Positions 46,157-56,752 of a DNA stretch of 64,000 nt are shown here, piece by piece (position 1 is the stretch's first letter; every line of letters begins with the position of its first letter). Origin of the DNA: Podarcis erhardii. Its lineage: Eukaryota. The notes beneath the pieces were generated by a model. The model ran no database searches, was not told the DNA's origin, and saw nothing but the letters and a program-made list of their open reading frames with translations. The translations under genes were made by a program, and so were the position numbers. The DNA lies in the NCBI GenBank assembly GCA_964252035.1, contig OZ176207.1; one strand, 5' to 3'.

Positions 46157-47149
46157 CCGATTACAAGGCTAGTTGGTAGGATCTATGGGGATCAAATGCA
46201 GATCTCCAAGTTCAAAAACAATTGTCATACCAAGTTAGCAAACCTTTATGGTTAAGTACCACATGACACACTCATGGGGAGGCAGTTGCCACGGAGTGGG
46301 TTGGGGGAGATGAACTATATTGTTCAGATTCTGAGATTCAGTTTCTTTCATCCCCAAATTGTGACAATCACCTGAGATTGGAATCTGTACTTACAGAAGT
46401 ATGTAGGTAGGCAATACATGTTTCACAAACCTCTTGTAGCCTCCAAAACAATATGGTATGATTATCTGTAGCCTCTTTTCAGAGTCCAGTTATTCATCAT
46501 TTTTTGGGTGTGGGTGTGTTAAGATTCTGTTTCACATGGTTGTAAAAAATAGCTATGTAAAATGCAATTTGATAAGATGTCTGCCTTAATGTCTGCCCTG
46601 AGAAGTTCCCTCAGAAGGTTAAGATACTGAGGTATGTTGCATGAGTAGTTTCCTTCTTATTTGCTTACAACATGTTTTATTACTTACCCACTATTTTCTA
46701 ATATTACTTAACCAAAAATACATTTTCTTTTTCTTCAGCAAAATGTGCATTCTTCCCTTATCAGGGCCATATGGGAGCCCAGATTAATGTTGGATTGTTT
46801 AACACAAAGTTATTTTGAAGAATTGGCATACAGAATATTCATCTGAAATATGTCAAAAATCTCTTTTAGCAAATGTATAGTTCAAAATTGGGCCACATGG
46901 AACTTTACCAAAAGAAGTGTACTGTATCTGGGCACTAGTTAAGCAACTAGACAGAAAACTGAGATTTAGCCAGAAAGTCTGACAAGAAAGCTTAAAGTAG
47001 GAATAGAAAACTTTCAGATGCTAATATATTTTATTTATTTTACTAATTGCACATTTGGGTATCCAGTGCTAGTACACTGCATATATAGTTTTTGTGTGCA
47101 GTGCCTCTGGTTGTGGACACAGAGAAACACCCTATTCCTGCCTCTCCCC

Positions 47150-47515
47150 ATATGAACTGACCTGGAACCTGCAATCATAATCTGAGGCTCTTCTTTGTGT
47201 GCCTCCTCTACAAGAGGTCTGGAGGGCGGCAACACGAGAATGGGCCTTTTCTGTGGTGGCTCCCCATTTGTAGAATGCTCTTCCCAAGGATGCTTGTCTA
47301 GCACCTTCATTACATATATTTAGGTGCCAGGTGAAAATGTTTCTCTTCAACCAGGCACTCAGCTGATTAACTTTCTATGGCTTTTTAAATGTGTTTGTGG
47401 GAGGAGGGTTATTGGCTTGTTTTTGTTTTATTATGTATTTTGTACTCTTCTTTTGTATTTTTCTGTTGTGAAGCGCCATGGGATCTTCGGATGAAGGATG
47501 GTACACAAATCATCA
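47150..47515 (+). mobile_element. L2-clade LINE 3' end
   Basis: GGGCCTTTTCTGTGGTGGCTCCCCATTTGTAGAATGCTCTTCCC (AFSVVAPxLWNALP-type motif), T-rich UTR, tail GCGCCATGGGATCTTCGGATGAAGGATGGTACACAAAT. Confidence 0.75.
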
Positions 47516-47664
47516 TAATTATGGATTTGGAGTACAGTGTGAATTCCTTTTGAAATCTGTGGAAGTTCAGTACTGTCTTTTAGTTCAATAAGCTATGGTC
47601 TGGTGCAGGGCAGCCAAAACCTGTGGTCCTCCTAATGTTGTTGGACCAGAATGTAATATGGACC

Positions 47665-47706
47665 ACTGATATATAGGAAGCATATGACTGATATATAGGA
47701 AGCATA
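47665..47706. repeat. 22-bp-period tandem duplication
   Basis: ACTGATATATAGGAAGCATA at 47665 and 47687. Confidence 0.9.
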
Positions 47707-47952
47707 CTGTTCACATTAAACAACAGCACTGTATGGATGAACCCTTCCTTACCAACAGCCACTCTCTCTGTCACTTCTCATGGTCATTTGTCTAGCTACA
47801 TCGGGCATCAGTTTCCTACCAATTACTACTTCCTTTCTTTGGTTGCTGGCCTAACCTGACCACCAGCTTATATATTCCTGTGTCATATACATCCATTTGG
47901 ATTCCTGCCCCAGGCTGGTTGTTGACCTACAGCGCATATATATAGAGAGAGA

Positions 47953-48194
47953 GAGTGGTACCTCGGGTTAAGTACTTAATTCTGTCCGGAGGTCTGTTCT
48001 TAACCTGAAACTGTTCTTAACCTGAAGCACCACTTTAGCTAATGGGGCCTCCCACTGCCGATGTGCCGCCAGAGCACGATTTCTGTTCTCATCTTGAAGC
48101 AAAGTTCTTAACGTGAGGTACTATTTCTGGGTTAGCGAAGTCTGTAACCGGAAGTGTATGTAACCTGAAGCGTCTGTAACCCGAGGTACCACTC
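47953..48194. mobile_element. Tigger-like MITE, family A copy 3 (termini overlap microsatellites)
   Basis: Interior colinear with 39705-39946; ends read GAGTGGTACCTCGGGTTA / TAACCCGAGGTACCACTC; no TA TSD. Confidence 0.9.
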
Positions 48195-49099
48195 TCTCTC
48201 TCTCTCTCTGTGTGTGTGTGTTTGTTTGTGTGTCATGAACATGTAGATTCTACAGGTACACATTTATGAAAATTCCAGCTATAATCACACAGCTACTGCT
48301 GTATGCACAATCATTAAGATAACATCTGATCCATCTGTTTTGCTGTGGTGGCTTTGAAGCTGCATAGCCCATTGGCCTTCTGGAGGCAATAAAACATCAT
48401 TTATTTGTGATTAGCTGCATCCTGCCTGAAGTCATACATTTCTTGTAGCAGCAATATAGTAGCGAGAGGTTACACACAATAACAGTGTGTCTGTCTATTG
48501 TGCCCAAGATGCCCCAAGTATACAGATGAAACACATTGGTGGCCTAAACCGTGTGTCCAGTAAGTACCCTTGAAAGACTCTAATTATGGCATAGACAGAA
48601 AGCAAAGCTTCAGCTTTTACCAAAGCATAGTAACATGCTAGAATTAGCATCCTTTCCAGACCAATGAGTGTGTGAAAAGGGGAGATCAGAATTAAGCCTT
48701 CTGCCATATTTCTCGACTACCACACTTTTAAGCTCAGTGTCCAACGAAACTGAATCACCTCAAGGTTAGTATATCTCTTATTTAGCTATAGCAGTCATTA
48801 CTATTACTTCCTACCCCACAAAACAAAACTGAGTGTGGGGAGTTGTTGGATCAGGATGGTTTGATAATAATGATCACCATAATCTGCTTTTGGGGTCATA
48901 GGTTACACTTGCAAGTACCAGTAAACATATTAAGTGAGTTAAAAGTGATTACAAGATCCATATATTCATGCATGGGTAATGAAATGATGAAAGGAGCTTG
49001 TTTCCAGTCAAGCAACCAAAAAAAAGGTCACCTCTCACCTTTACTTCTGATGTCTCATGATTGCTTGTGCTGGAAGAGTTCATGATTTATTTATTTTTA

Positions 49100-49427
49100 G
49101 TCTTTGTTAAAATTCACTAGCATTTTAGTGTGTATTTCTCCTAATACCCACCATTTTTTACATGCAATTTTGCCTAGTATGCACATTTTTGCAAGCAATT
49201 TCCAATAACAGAATGCATTTTTGGTTGCCGTTTTCACTATCACGTGTATTTTAATGCACCCTTTTATCTAATATATGCGTTTTTGTACACATTATTTTGG
49301 ACTGGAGAACTGCATTGCGAAAGTGTGAATTTCAAAGATAGCTTTAATTCAAGGATCATTTCAAGAAGTGCAAATTAGGTAGGTTTGCATTAAAATATGA
49401 ACTGAACCAATTTCACCCACATCTCTA
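49100..49427 (-). mobile_element. Old DNA-transposon-like repeat (hAT-like), copy 2
   Basis: Reverse-complement homolog of 1315-1655. Confidence 0.45.
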
Positions 49428-49999
49428 TACCTTTTCATGTCTGTGTGATGGCTTCATGTATTTAGTTGTACATACAAAGGCTTTATCGGTACAAGTAGCA
49501 CCTTGCTTGAAGGCTATGGGGCAGGATCACTCAACACATCCTTGTACCCATGTTCCATAAGACTGGAGTGATATTGTCTGATTAAAAATCATATACTTCA
49601 TAAAACAACATTTTCAAAAAAATTCACTAGCTGCAAAATGTGTACATTTTTTTTAGTTGTTTTAGAACCTGTCCTTTGAGCATAATTAGATGAATGGTGA
49701 AATGGCAATGTATTGTGAGTGCTTATCTACTTTTAAAATTTTTTCATATATGATCTGTTTTTTTACTTTTTTATTCTCTTTTTGTTCCCTTTTTCTTTAT
49801 TCTGATATCTTACATTTCATTTCACTGTGTTATCATGAATAGCATTTTATAGAGGTATAAATAACTGTAAATATGAAAAGAGACAAAATATTCTCTAATT
49901 CCTTTTCCTTGGATAGATGTATTTGTTTTTCTCTTTTGTATTTTCTTTTGTTGTGATTATGTATGTATTTTAACTTGTATTGAATAAAAATTTATTTAA

Positions 50000-50136
50000 N
50001 NNNNNNNNNNNNNNNNNNNNNNNNNNNNNNNNNNNNNNNNNNNNNNNNNNNNNNNNNNNNNNNNNNNNNNNNNNNNNNNNNNNNNNNNNNNNNNNNNNNN
50101 NNNNNNNNNNNNNNNNNNNNNNNNNNNNNNNNNNNC
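50000..50136. other. Assembly gap (137 N)
   Basis: Run of n, read directly. Confidence 1.
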
Positions 50137-50884
50137 ATACAAACACTCTTGGCTAGTTTCTTTGCCAGCTGTTTTTGAAAGCCTGTATTTTTGAAGACTA
50201 TGTATTAACATGGCCAATTGGATCTCTGCAAGAAATAGTTTCTGAACCCATTTCCCCATTCTCAATCTTTTGCACATTAAAGTACAGAATCGTCTTTGTT
50301 TTATTTAAACATGGAGTTAAAAGAAGGCTCTTTCCCCTCTAGCTACAGCATTCGACCATAGTTTAGCAATGATCAAAGAGATGCTGGTGGTCTAAAGCCT
50401 GGATTGTTCTATTTTCCCAGTTGTCAACACTTGCCTAGCATATCCTATCGCCCAATTCTGGGTTGTTGTTTTTCTCAGTAGAAATTTTGCATACAAAGCA
50501 AGAAATGTAGCTTGTGGTTAGGGAATAATACCATTCTTTTTAACCATCCTCAGTCAGCTATTTCAGTCTTAAGCAACCACATTTCAACATTGTTTGCATG
50601 GGCATGTTATGACATATATACATGGATAACTTAAAACTGATTTTAATATATTAAATTGGTTTATTCCCCCCCCCACACACTTCTTTTCCACAAAGCACAT
50701 AGTTAAAACTAGAAATAATATAAATAGTTAAAACTGCTGAATTTGTTCTCACAAGATGTACTTGTGGCCACCAATCTCAATGGTTTTAAATATGAATTCG
50801 ACCATGAGGATACAACTGCCAATGGTTGCTAGTTATGATGACTGTGCTCTAATTCCACTATCAAAGACTGTATGCTTCTGTATA

Positions 50885-51025
50885 CTAGTTTCTGAGAATC
50901 ACAGGTATGGACACTCCTGTTGTATTCAGGTCCTCCCTGCAGGGTTCCCATAAGTTTCTGGTTGGCGACTGTGAGAACAGGATGTAGGACTAGATGGTCT
51001 GATCCAGCAGCTGCTCTTGCGTTAT
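50885..51025 (+). mobile_element. CR1 3' UTR fragment
   Basis: CTGGTTGGCGACTGTGAGAACAGGATGTAGGACTAGATGGTCTGATCCAGCAGCTGCTCTT. Confidence 0.65.
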
Positions 51026-51115
51026 TATCAATGGTTGATGTTTGAGACTTTTTATTGGGGATAATGGATGGGTTTTGAGTTACAGCTTTATTTTATACGC
51101 ACTTAGCTGATGCAA

Positions 51116-51236
51116 GGAGTAGCACTCAACTAAATCTTTACTCAGAATAGACACACTGAAATTAATGAGCATAATTAAGTTAGATCCATTAATTTCAGTT
51201 GGTCTGCTCTGAGTACAACTTAGTTGAAGACCACCC
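51116..51236. repeat. About 120-bp foldback element, copy 2
   Basis: Arms TCAACTAAATCTTTACTCAGAATAGACACACTGAAATTAATG / CATTAATTTCAGTTGGTCTGCTCTGAGTACAACTTAGTTGA. Confidence 0.75.
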
Positions 51237-51711
51237 GTGGTGTTTTAACCTTTCAACTAATGATGTCCGGTTGGTGTTCCCCTCCCCTCCTGATTTCTGC
51301 ACCCACTTTTTTCATTGTGACATGCAGCTGTAGCAACACAATTATGCTGGCATTGTACATTACAAAATATATTATGTTCATACAATGTTGCATTGGGGTT
51401 TCTTCCAGTTGTTACCTGGGAAGCTCAGTGGGGTGTGTGGGAAGGATTGGCCTGTAAATCTACATTTGTTTTTTTTCTTTTAAGAACTGCAGTGGTTGTT
51501 TTTTGTTGGGGGGGGCTTGGACAATATAAAATTGGAAGGGGCAAAATACATGTAGCACAATCATTCACTTGTTGAACTGCAGGTAATTCTAAATGTTTGT
51601 AAATAGAAACAACCATTGTTGACCCATCATTAGCAACATTCACTCATTTCTCCATTCATCATTCCAACATGTCTGAAAGTGGAAGGTCAACTGACTTCTG
51701 CCTCTCTATTA

Positions 51712-51943
51712 CAGTGGTACCTCGGGTTAAGTACTTAATTCGTTCCGGAGGTCCGTTCTTAACCTGAAACTGTTCTTAACCTGAAGCACCATTTTAGCTA
51801 ATGGGTCCTCCTGCTGCTGCTGCTGCCGCGCCGCCGGAGCACGATTTCTGTTCTCATCCTGAAGCAAAGTTCTTAACCCAAGGTACTATTTCTGGGTTAG
51901 CGGAGTCTGTAACCTGAAGCGTAGGTAACCCAAGGTACCACTG
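51712..51943. mobile_element. Tigger-like MITE, family A copy 4
   Basis: TIRs CAGTGGTACCTCGGGTTA / TAACCCAAGGTACCACTG; TA on both sides; only one 14-bp subterminal unit. Confidence 0.95.
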
Positions 51944-52071
51944 TAATGAAACTTCCACTATTTAAGGAAGAGTTAGTTTTAATATATGCCTTGAAGAGTA
52001 GGTAAATATGTGCATTTGGGGACTAAGTTTGGAGCAGATGCCTCTTTGGGTACTTTAAACTATCCAAGCCT

Positions 52072-52220
52072 GGATAGCTCAGGTGGTTAGAGCATGGTGC
52101 TGATAATGCCAAGGTTGCAGGTTTGATCCCTGGATGGGACAGTTGCATATTCCTGCATTGCAGGGGTTTGGACTAGGCAATCCACAGGTTCCCTTCCGAC
52201 TCTACAGTTCTATGATTTCT
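52072..52220 (+). mobile_element. tRNA(Ile)-derived SINE with CR1 tail, copy 3
   Basis: GGATAGCTCAGGTGGTTAGAGCATGGTGCTGATAATGCCAAGGTTGCAGGTTTGATCCC..ATTCCTGCATTGCAGGGGTTTGGACTAG..CCCTTCCGACTCTACAGTTCTATGATT. Confidence 0.85.
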
Positions 52221-54883
52221 ACAATCCTTTTTTTCAAGATAGGCTCTCCATCTGCAGTGTACTTGTTTTTTGTTTTGGTTTTGGTTTTAATCCACATACT
52301 GGGTGATTGTCAGAAGAAAAACTCTGTCAAGCAGTGGCTTATTTAAAGGGAAACACAGCTTCTTCCAACATGTATTGTAGTTGTCCAGTTAAGAAACCAT
52401 AGCCCTTTTATAACCAGAGTGATTCTAGAACTGAGCAAGCCAGACAGTTTGAAGGTGGAGCCAAACCATAGCAAAGCAAGCCAACAATTTGAGTCAGGTC
52501 GGTGAAGCTGACTAAGTGCATATGAGTGCTCAAAAGAAAATACATCATTGATATATGAGGTCACTGCGACCGCCAGATGAGAATGCCAGAACAGGCTCCC
52601 TGCCTTGGCTCTGCTGTGCTCAAGCATATGCAAAGCAGAGTCTTGGGCCAGATTTTCAGCATTGAACGTGATCTGGGCTTTCTTCAATGTGAGAACCTTG
52701 CATGGATGTGTGGGGTAAACAGCTTGCATTTCATAGACCCTAATGTACGAAACAGCAGCCAAGTAATGAGACTCCACAGCTTACAAGTTTGATTCCACTA
52801 AATTTATGTATCCCTTGGGTATCATGAGAACAACTGACTTGCCAAAATAGCTGGCATATTCAAACCCAAGCCCTATGGTTTTCTTAGTACATTCTAAAGG
52901 CCTGATCCTATTACCTGCTATACTAGCTAAGTAAATGTTAAGGATCTGGTGTACAGCAGCTGCTATAAGACTAGAACGATGTCATGCTCTATGTATATCA
53001 TTGCAGTGCCATACTAACTTGACCCACTGTCGTGATCGCTTAATGGCAATCCCTTAAAGGGAGGAAGAATCTCAAATTGTTTCAGTAGAGTGTATCATCA
53101 AATATTCAGATATACCAAGAACCTTAAAAATTGCAACTCTGAATACTTTTGTCTTTTCAAATATGGGAATGCTATGAGCTTTGCCAACAGTAGGTTGTGT
53201 GTAATATTAAAATTAGATCATGAACCTTAGACATTACAGTTATGGAGACTTATTTGTCCTCTCAAACGCAGGATTGTTATCAACATTGCTAATATATATT
53301 CATCAGTGTGATCTTAATGTCAGCTTAGGATAGATTCCCATGCTTCATTGCTGAGATGGTATGGACCTCCCACACAATTGAAGCCACTTTTGTTTTCATT
53401 TGGGAAGCCACTGGTTTCAAAGCAGTCCTATGTCGGTGGGGGGGGGGCAGAATTCTATGTTTGCCTATAATAAACCGGCATTTTACTTAGTAGAGCTAAG
53501 AAACCCAACTGAGTAACAAAAATACTGGTTATGGTGGTTTACAATTAGCACTGAGGCAACCCTAAAGTCTCTTACCATCTAACACATTTCGGAATAAGAC
53601 TGATGTTTTCATTGACTTCAAGATAAATGAAACTAACAAGTCCAATTTGGCAAAGTATTGTCAGATTTTTAAAAGCCTCAAGCATAAGAGCTGTTGGGAT
53701 CTGGGCTTGTGACTTGCAAGTTATTGCTAACATTAGCTATGTTAATCATTTCACTCTTGAGAAAATGACAGGAGGGAGAACTTTGGCTGATCTTTTGAGT
53801 TTTTATAAATCCCTGTTGGTTTTGCAGTCCCCTCTCTAGATGTATAATTACCCGCCTGGCTCCTATTTCGGTATTGTTTTATTGTTTACTCTTCTTTAGT
53901 TCAAGTCACCAAATCTGAGCAAAACATTGCCTCCTGTTGTGTTGCAAGCTTTAAAAAAGGTCAGATTTGCAGGAGCAGGGAAGCTTTGAATTACTTGCTG
54001 GTGTTTAAAGATGATATAGGAGAAAAGATCATTTCAAAGCCTCTTGCTGTGCGTTTCTTAATTAAAATTCTTTCTAAAATATAAATGTGGGGAGAAGGGA
54101 GGAGTAGGACAGACTGACTTCTCTTATTTGTTGAGTTTGATTTTTTAAATCATAATGCAGTTTTGATCATTTATGCTGCAAATATTGGTGCAAAGGAATG
54201 GCAAGTACAATAATCAACAACTAACTTAGCACCAGATGTGATCCTGCACTCAAAGGCAGCTTTGCAGACAAAGAGGAAACTGAAGTTCTATATTCAACCC
54301 AGCTTATAGTTCCATGGATTTCAACAGGAAAGAGTTAAGCATATGTTTAGCAGCTCACTGAGCATATTAGGACTTAAATGTGCTTAAATCATACAAATTC
54401 CTGTGTATTCCAATGTGGTCTTCCAATCCTGCAATTCCTCATTTACATAGTATGTATTTGCAATGATTTAGTTAAGAGGAGTAAATTTATTCAATAAATA
54501 GAGCCTAATGTCAGGAACAAATGACCTCTACCATGGTGATTTTTTTCCAGCTACATATCCCTTGCATCTGCTGACCTGCTAGAACAAAGCTTTCCAAGCT
54601 AGGGCTTAGGGACCTATTTCCATATATGCTCTATCTTTTTTCCATATGGTTTACAAAGTGCCTCTGAGCAATTTGAACACAATGCATAATGTTGCAGGGG
54701 GTAGCCGAGTCTGGGTTCTCGACCATTGACTTTTGGTCTCCAATAAGTGTTAAGCGAAGACAATGAAGTATGGTGATCATTGGCCAGGGAGTGGGGGAAG
54801 AATACAGCTTTGTAATCCTCCCAGAGCATAGCATATCTGTGTCAAATCTATGTGTGTAGTATGGCAGAGTGAGAGCACATAGA

Positions 54884-55008
54884 GGATGGTAGCTGACTAA
54901 ACTATACTCCAAGTAGACCCATTCAAACAAATGGACTTAAGGTAATCATTACTAACTTAAGTCCACTGGTTTCAATGGATCTAAGTATGCCTTAATTGGA
55001 TGCCAGCC
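54884..55008. repeat. About 120-bp foldback element, copy 3
   Basis: Arms AGACCCATTCAAACAAATGGACTTAAG / CTTAAGTCCACTGGTTTCAATGGATCT. Confidence 0.7.
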
Positions 55009-55699
55009 ATAAAATCCATTATAGTAATACAGAGAACAGATAAAATCCAAACATATTCAGAGGAGATTTTATCAGCTGTGTTAAGCAAATACATTTCTTG
55101 CCTGGTTCTAGGAAAAAGCAAATTTAAAGGCAAAACCCTAAGCAGCCTAACAATGGCTTTCACTCATGTGTAAAATTTGCAAAGGCCACCTGTCAAATCT
55201 CTGGTGGAAAACAGTATTTTTTAAAAAACATGGTAGCTGGCTGGTTGCCATATTGAAATATTGAAGTGTCTGAGAATTTGTGAGTCTTTCTTCAAAGAGT
55301 ATCCTTCACCTCTTCAGTAACTAACAAATGTGCTGGCTAATAGGTATGAAGACAGCAGGCAATCACAGGTTCTTATTGACAATAGTTAATTTTACCTTCA
55401 AAAAAAAGTTCACTTTTTCACCTTAAATAGTCATCACTGATTGTCTGTGATATACACATACACCATGTACATATGATTAATATAAATGTATTGTATGAAT
55501 TCCTTCCCTCACTCAAGCCTACAATTTGCTAAGCAGATCAGTAACATTTATTTGATTATATCCACTTTGAATTTTGTGCACAAAAGTGTATAGGCAAAAG
55601 TAACAATAATAATTCCTCCACATTACTGTACTCTTTCTCTGAGCTCTTCTGATGCCTACAAAAAAAAGTTCTTGTTTAGGCATGGCTAACCAGATTTGT

Positions 55700-55866
55700 A
55701 AACCTGACATGTTTTTTAATCTGTAATTTTAGCTTGTAGTGTCATTTTAACTGTTGATTTTATTGACAAATTTAATGTTCATTTTATATTATTTATAAAC
55801 TGCTTAGAGGTTGGGTTTACAATTAAGAGGTATACACATTTGCTTACATGAAATAAAATAAATAAA
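55700..55866 (+). mobile_element. L2-type 3' tail
   Basis: T-rich UTR then TAAACTGCTTAGAGGTTGGGTTTACAATTAAGAGGTATACAC..AAATAAAATAAATAAA. Confidence 0.5.
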
Positions 55867-55986
55867 TTACATTTGCCTGCTAGAGGCAACTTAACTTCAT
55901 TTAATTTAATGCATTTATAAATGTAGATCATTGCTGTATGTTGTTTGAGGATAAAAGGGAATTAATATTTACTATGGCAAACCTGT

Positions 55987-56752
55987 TGTCAGGGGTTCAG
56001 GGAGAGAGACGCAGAGTGAGGGGGAAGGATTCCAGACTGACGAGGAAGAGGATGACAATGACCCAAGATTGTCCATGAGTCCGTCCAGTGAATCGGAGGA
56101 CTCCCAAAAGGGAGCCCCTCTGGTCAAGCCAAGGGGAGCTAGAGGGGGAAGCAGTCAGGAGCAGGGAAAGGAAGGGGGAACCCCCAGTGGGAGTTGGAGA
56201 GCGAGACCGGCTGCTCCGCTGGAACGGAGTGAGGGGGGAGGAGTGACCAGTGTGTCAGAAGGAGCAGAACAGGAAGCAGAGAGGGGAAGGAGATCAGGGC
56301 AAAACGTGCTGCCGGAAGGGGAGGAAAGTAGTATTGAGGGCAATGTAACTGTCGAAAGGAAGGTCAAGAGCAACGTAAGCGCGCCAAGTTCAAAATGGGA
56401 GGCGCGCGGAAATGAAGAGAGTCCTGGGGAGGAGCCTGGTCCCAAAGCCCGAAGGAGGGGGGAGGAGGTGGCAGAGGATTCAGCCTCGGGAGAGTCCCGA
56501 AGGGAGAGAACACAGGGGGGCAGAAAGACCCTGCGGAAAAGGAAAGAGAGAAAGAGGTGGACCAGTACAAGCCTCTTAAACTGGTGTCGAGGGGGGAGCG
56601 AGTCAGAGGGGACTTCAGCGGTCTAAGGGTAACAGACGTAGGGTCACGGACCTCGGATCTAAAGCTACTGATGTTCTTGAATAAAAGCTTTTGTACATAA
56701 GCTGGAGTGGACTTTGGTCTCTTGTGAGCTGGGGCCACGGGTGACTCTGACA
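55987..56752 (+). mobile_element. Solo LTR, 766 bp (probably Ty3/Gypsy)
   Basis: Perfect inverted termini TGTCAG..CTGACA; perfect 5-bp TSD CCTGT (55982-55986, 56753-56757); AATAAA at 56680-56685. Confidence 0.9.
55988..56626 (+). CDS. Stop-free reading frame filling the U3 of the solo LTR (212 codons; first ATG at 56075); acidic, Ser/Gly/Glu-rich with a basic C-terminal cluster
   Basis: The track ORF 56069-56626 extends 27 codons upstream without a stop (VRGSGRETQSEGEGFQTDEEEDDNDPR) to the LTR edge; the C-terminus contains RKRKERKRW. No homolog recognised; translation not shown. Confidence 0.4.
   Translation, partial: VRGSGRETQSEGEGFQTDEEEDDNDPRLSMSPSSESEDSQKGAPLVKPRGARGGSSQEQGKEGGTPSGSWRARPAAPLERSEGGGVTSVSEGAEQEAERGRRSGQNVLPEGEESSIEGNVTVERKVKSNVSAPSSKWEARGNEESPGEEPGPKARRRGEEVAEDSASGESRRERTQGGRKTLRKRKERKRWTSTSLLNWCRGGSESEGTSAV

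Noticed and set aside
49640-49999. L1-like 3' UTR running into the gap
   Set aside because: Only low-complexity T-rich sequence and AATAAA; no ORF2 motif visible.
49996-50277. 93-aa ORF in the track
   Set aside because: Artefact of translating through the N gap.
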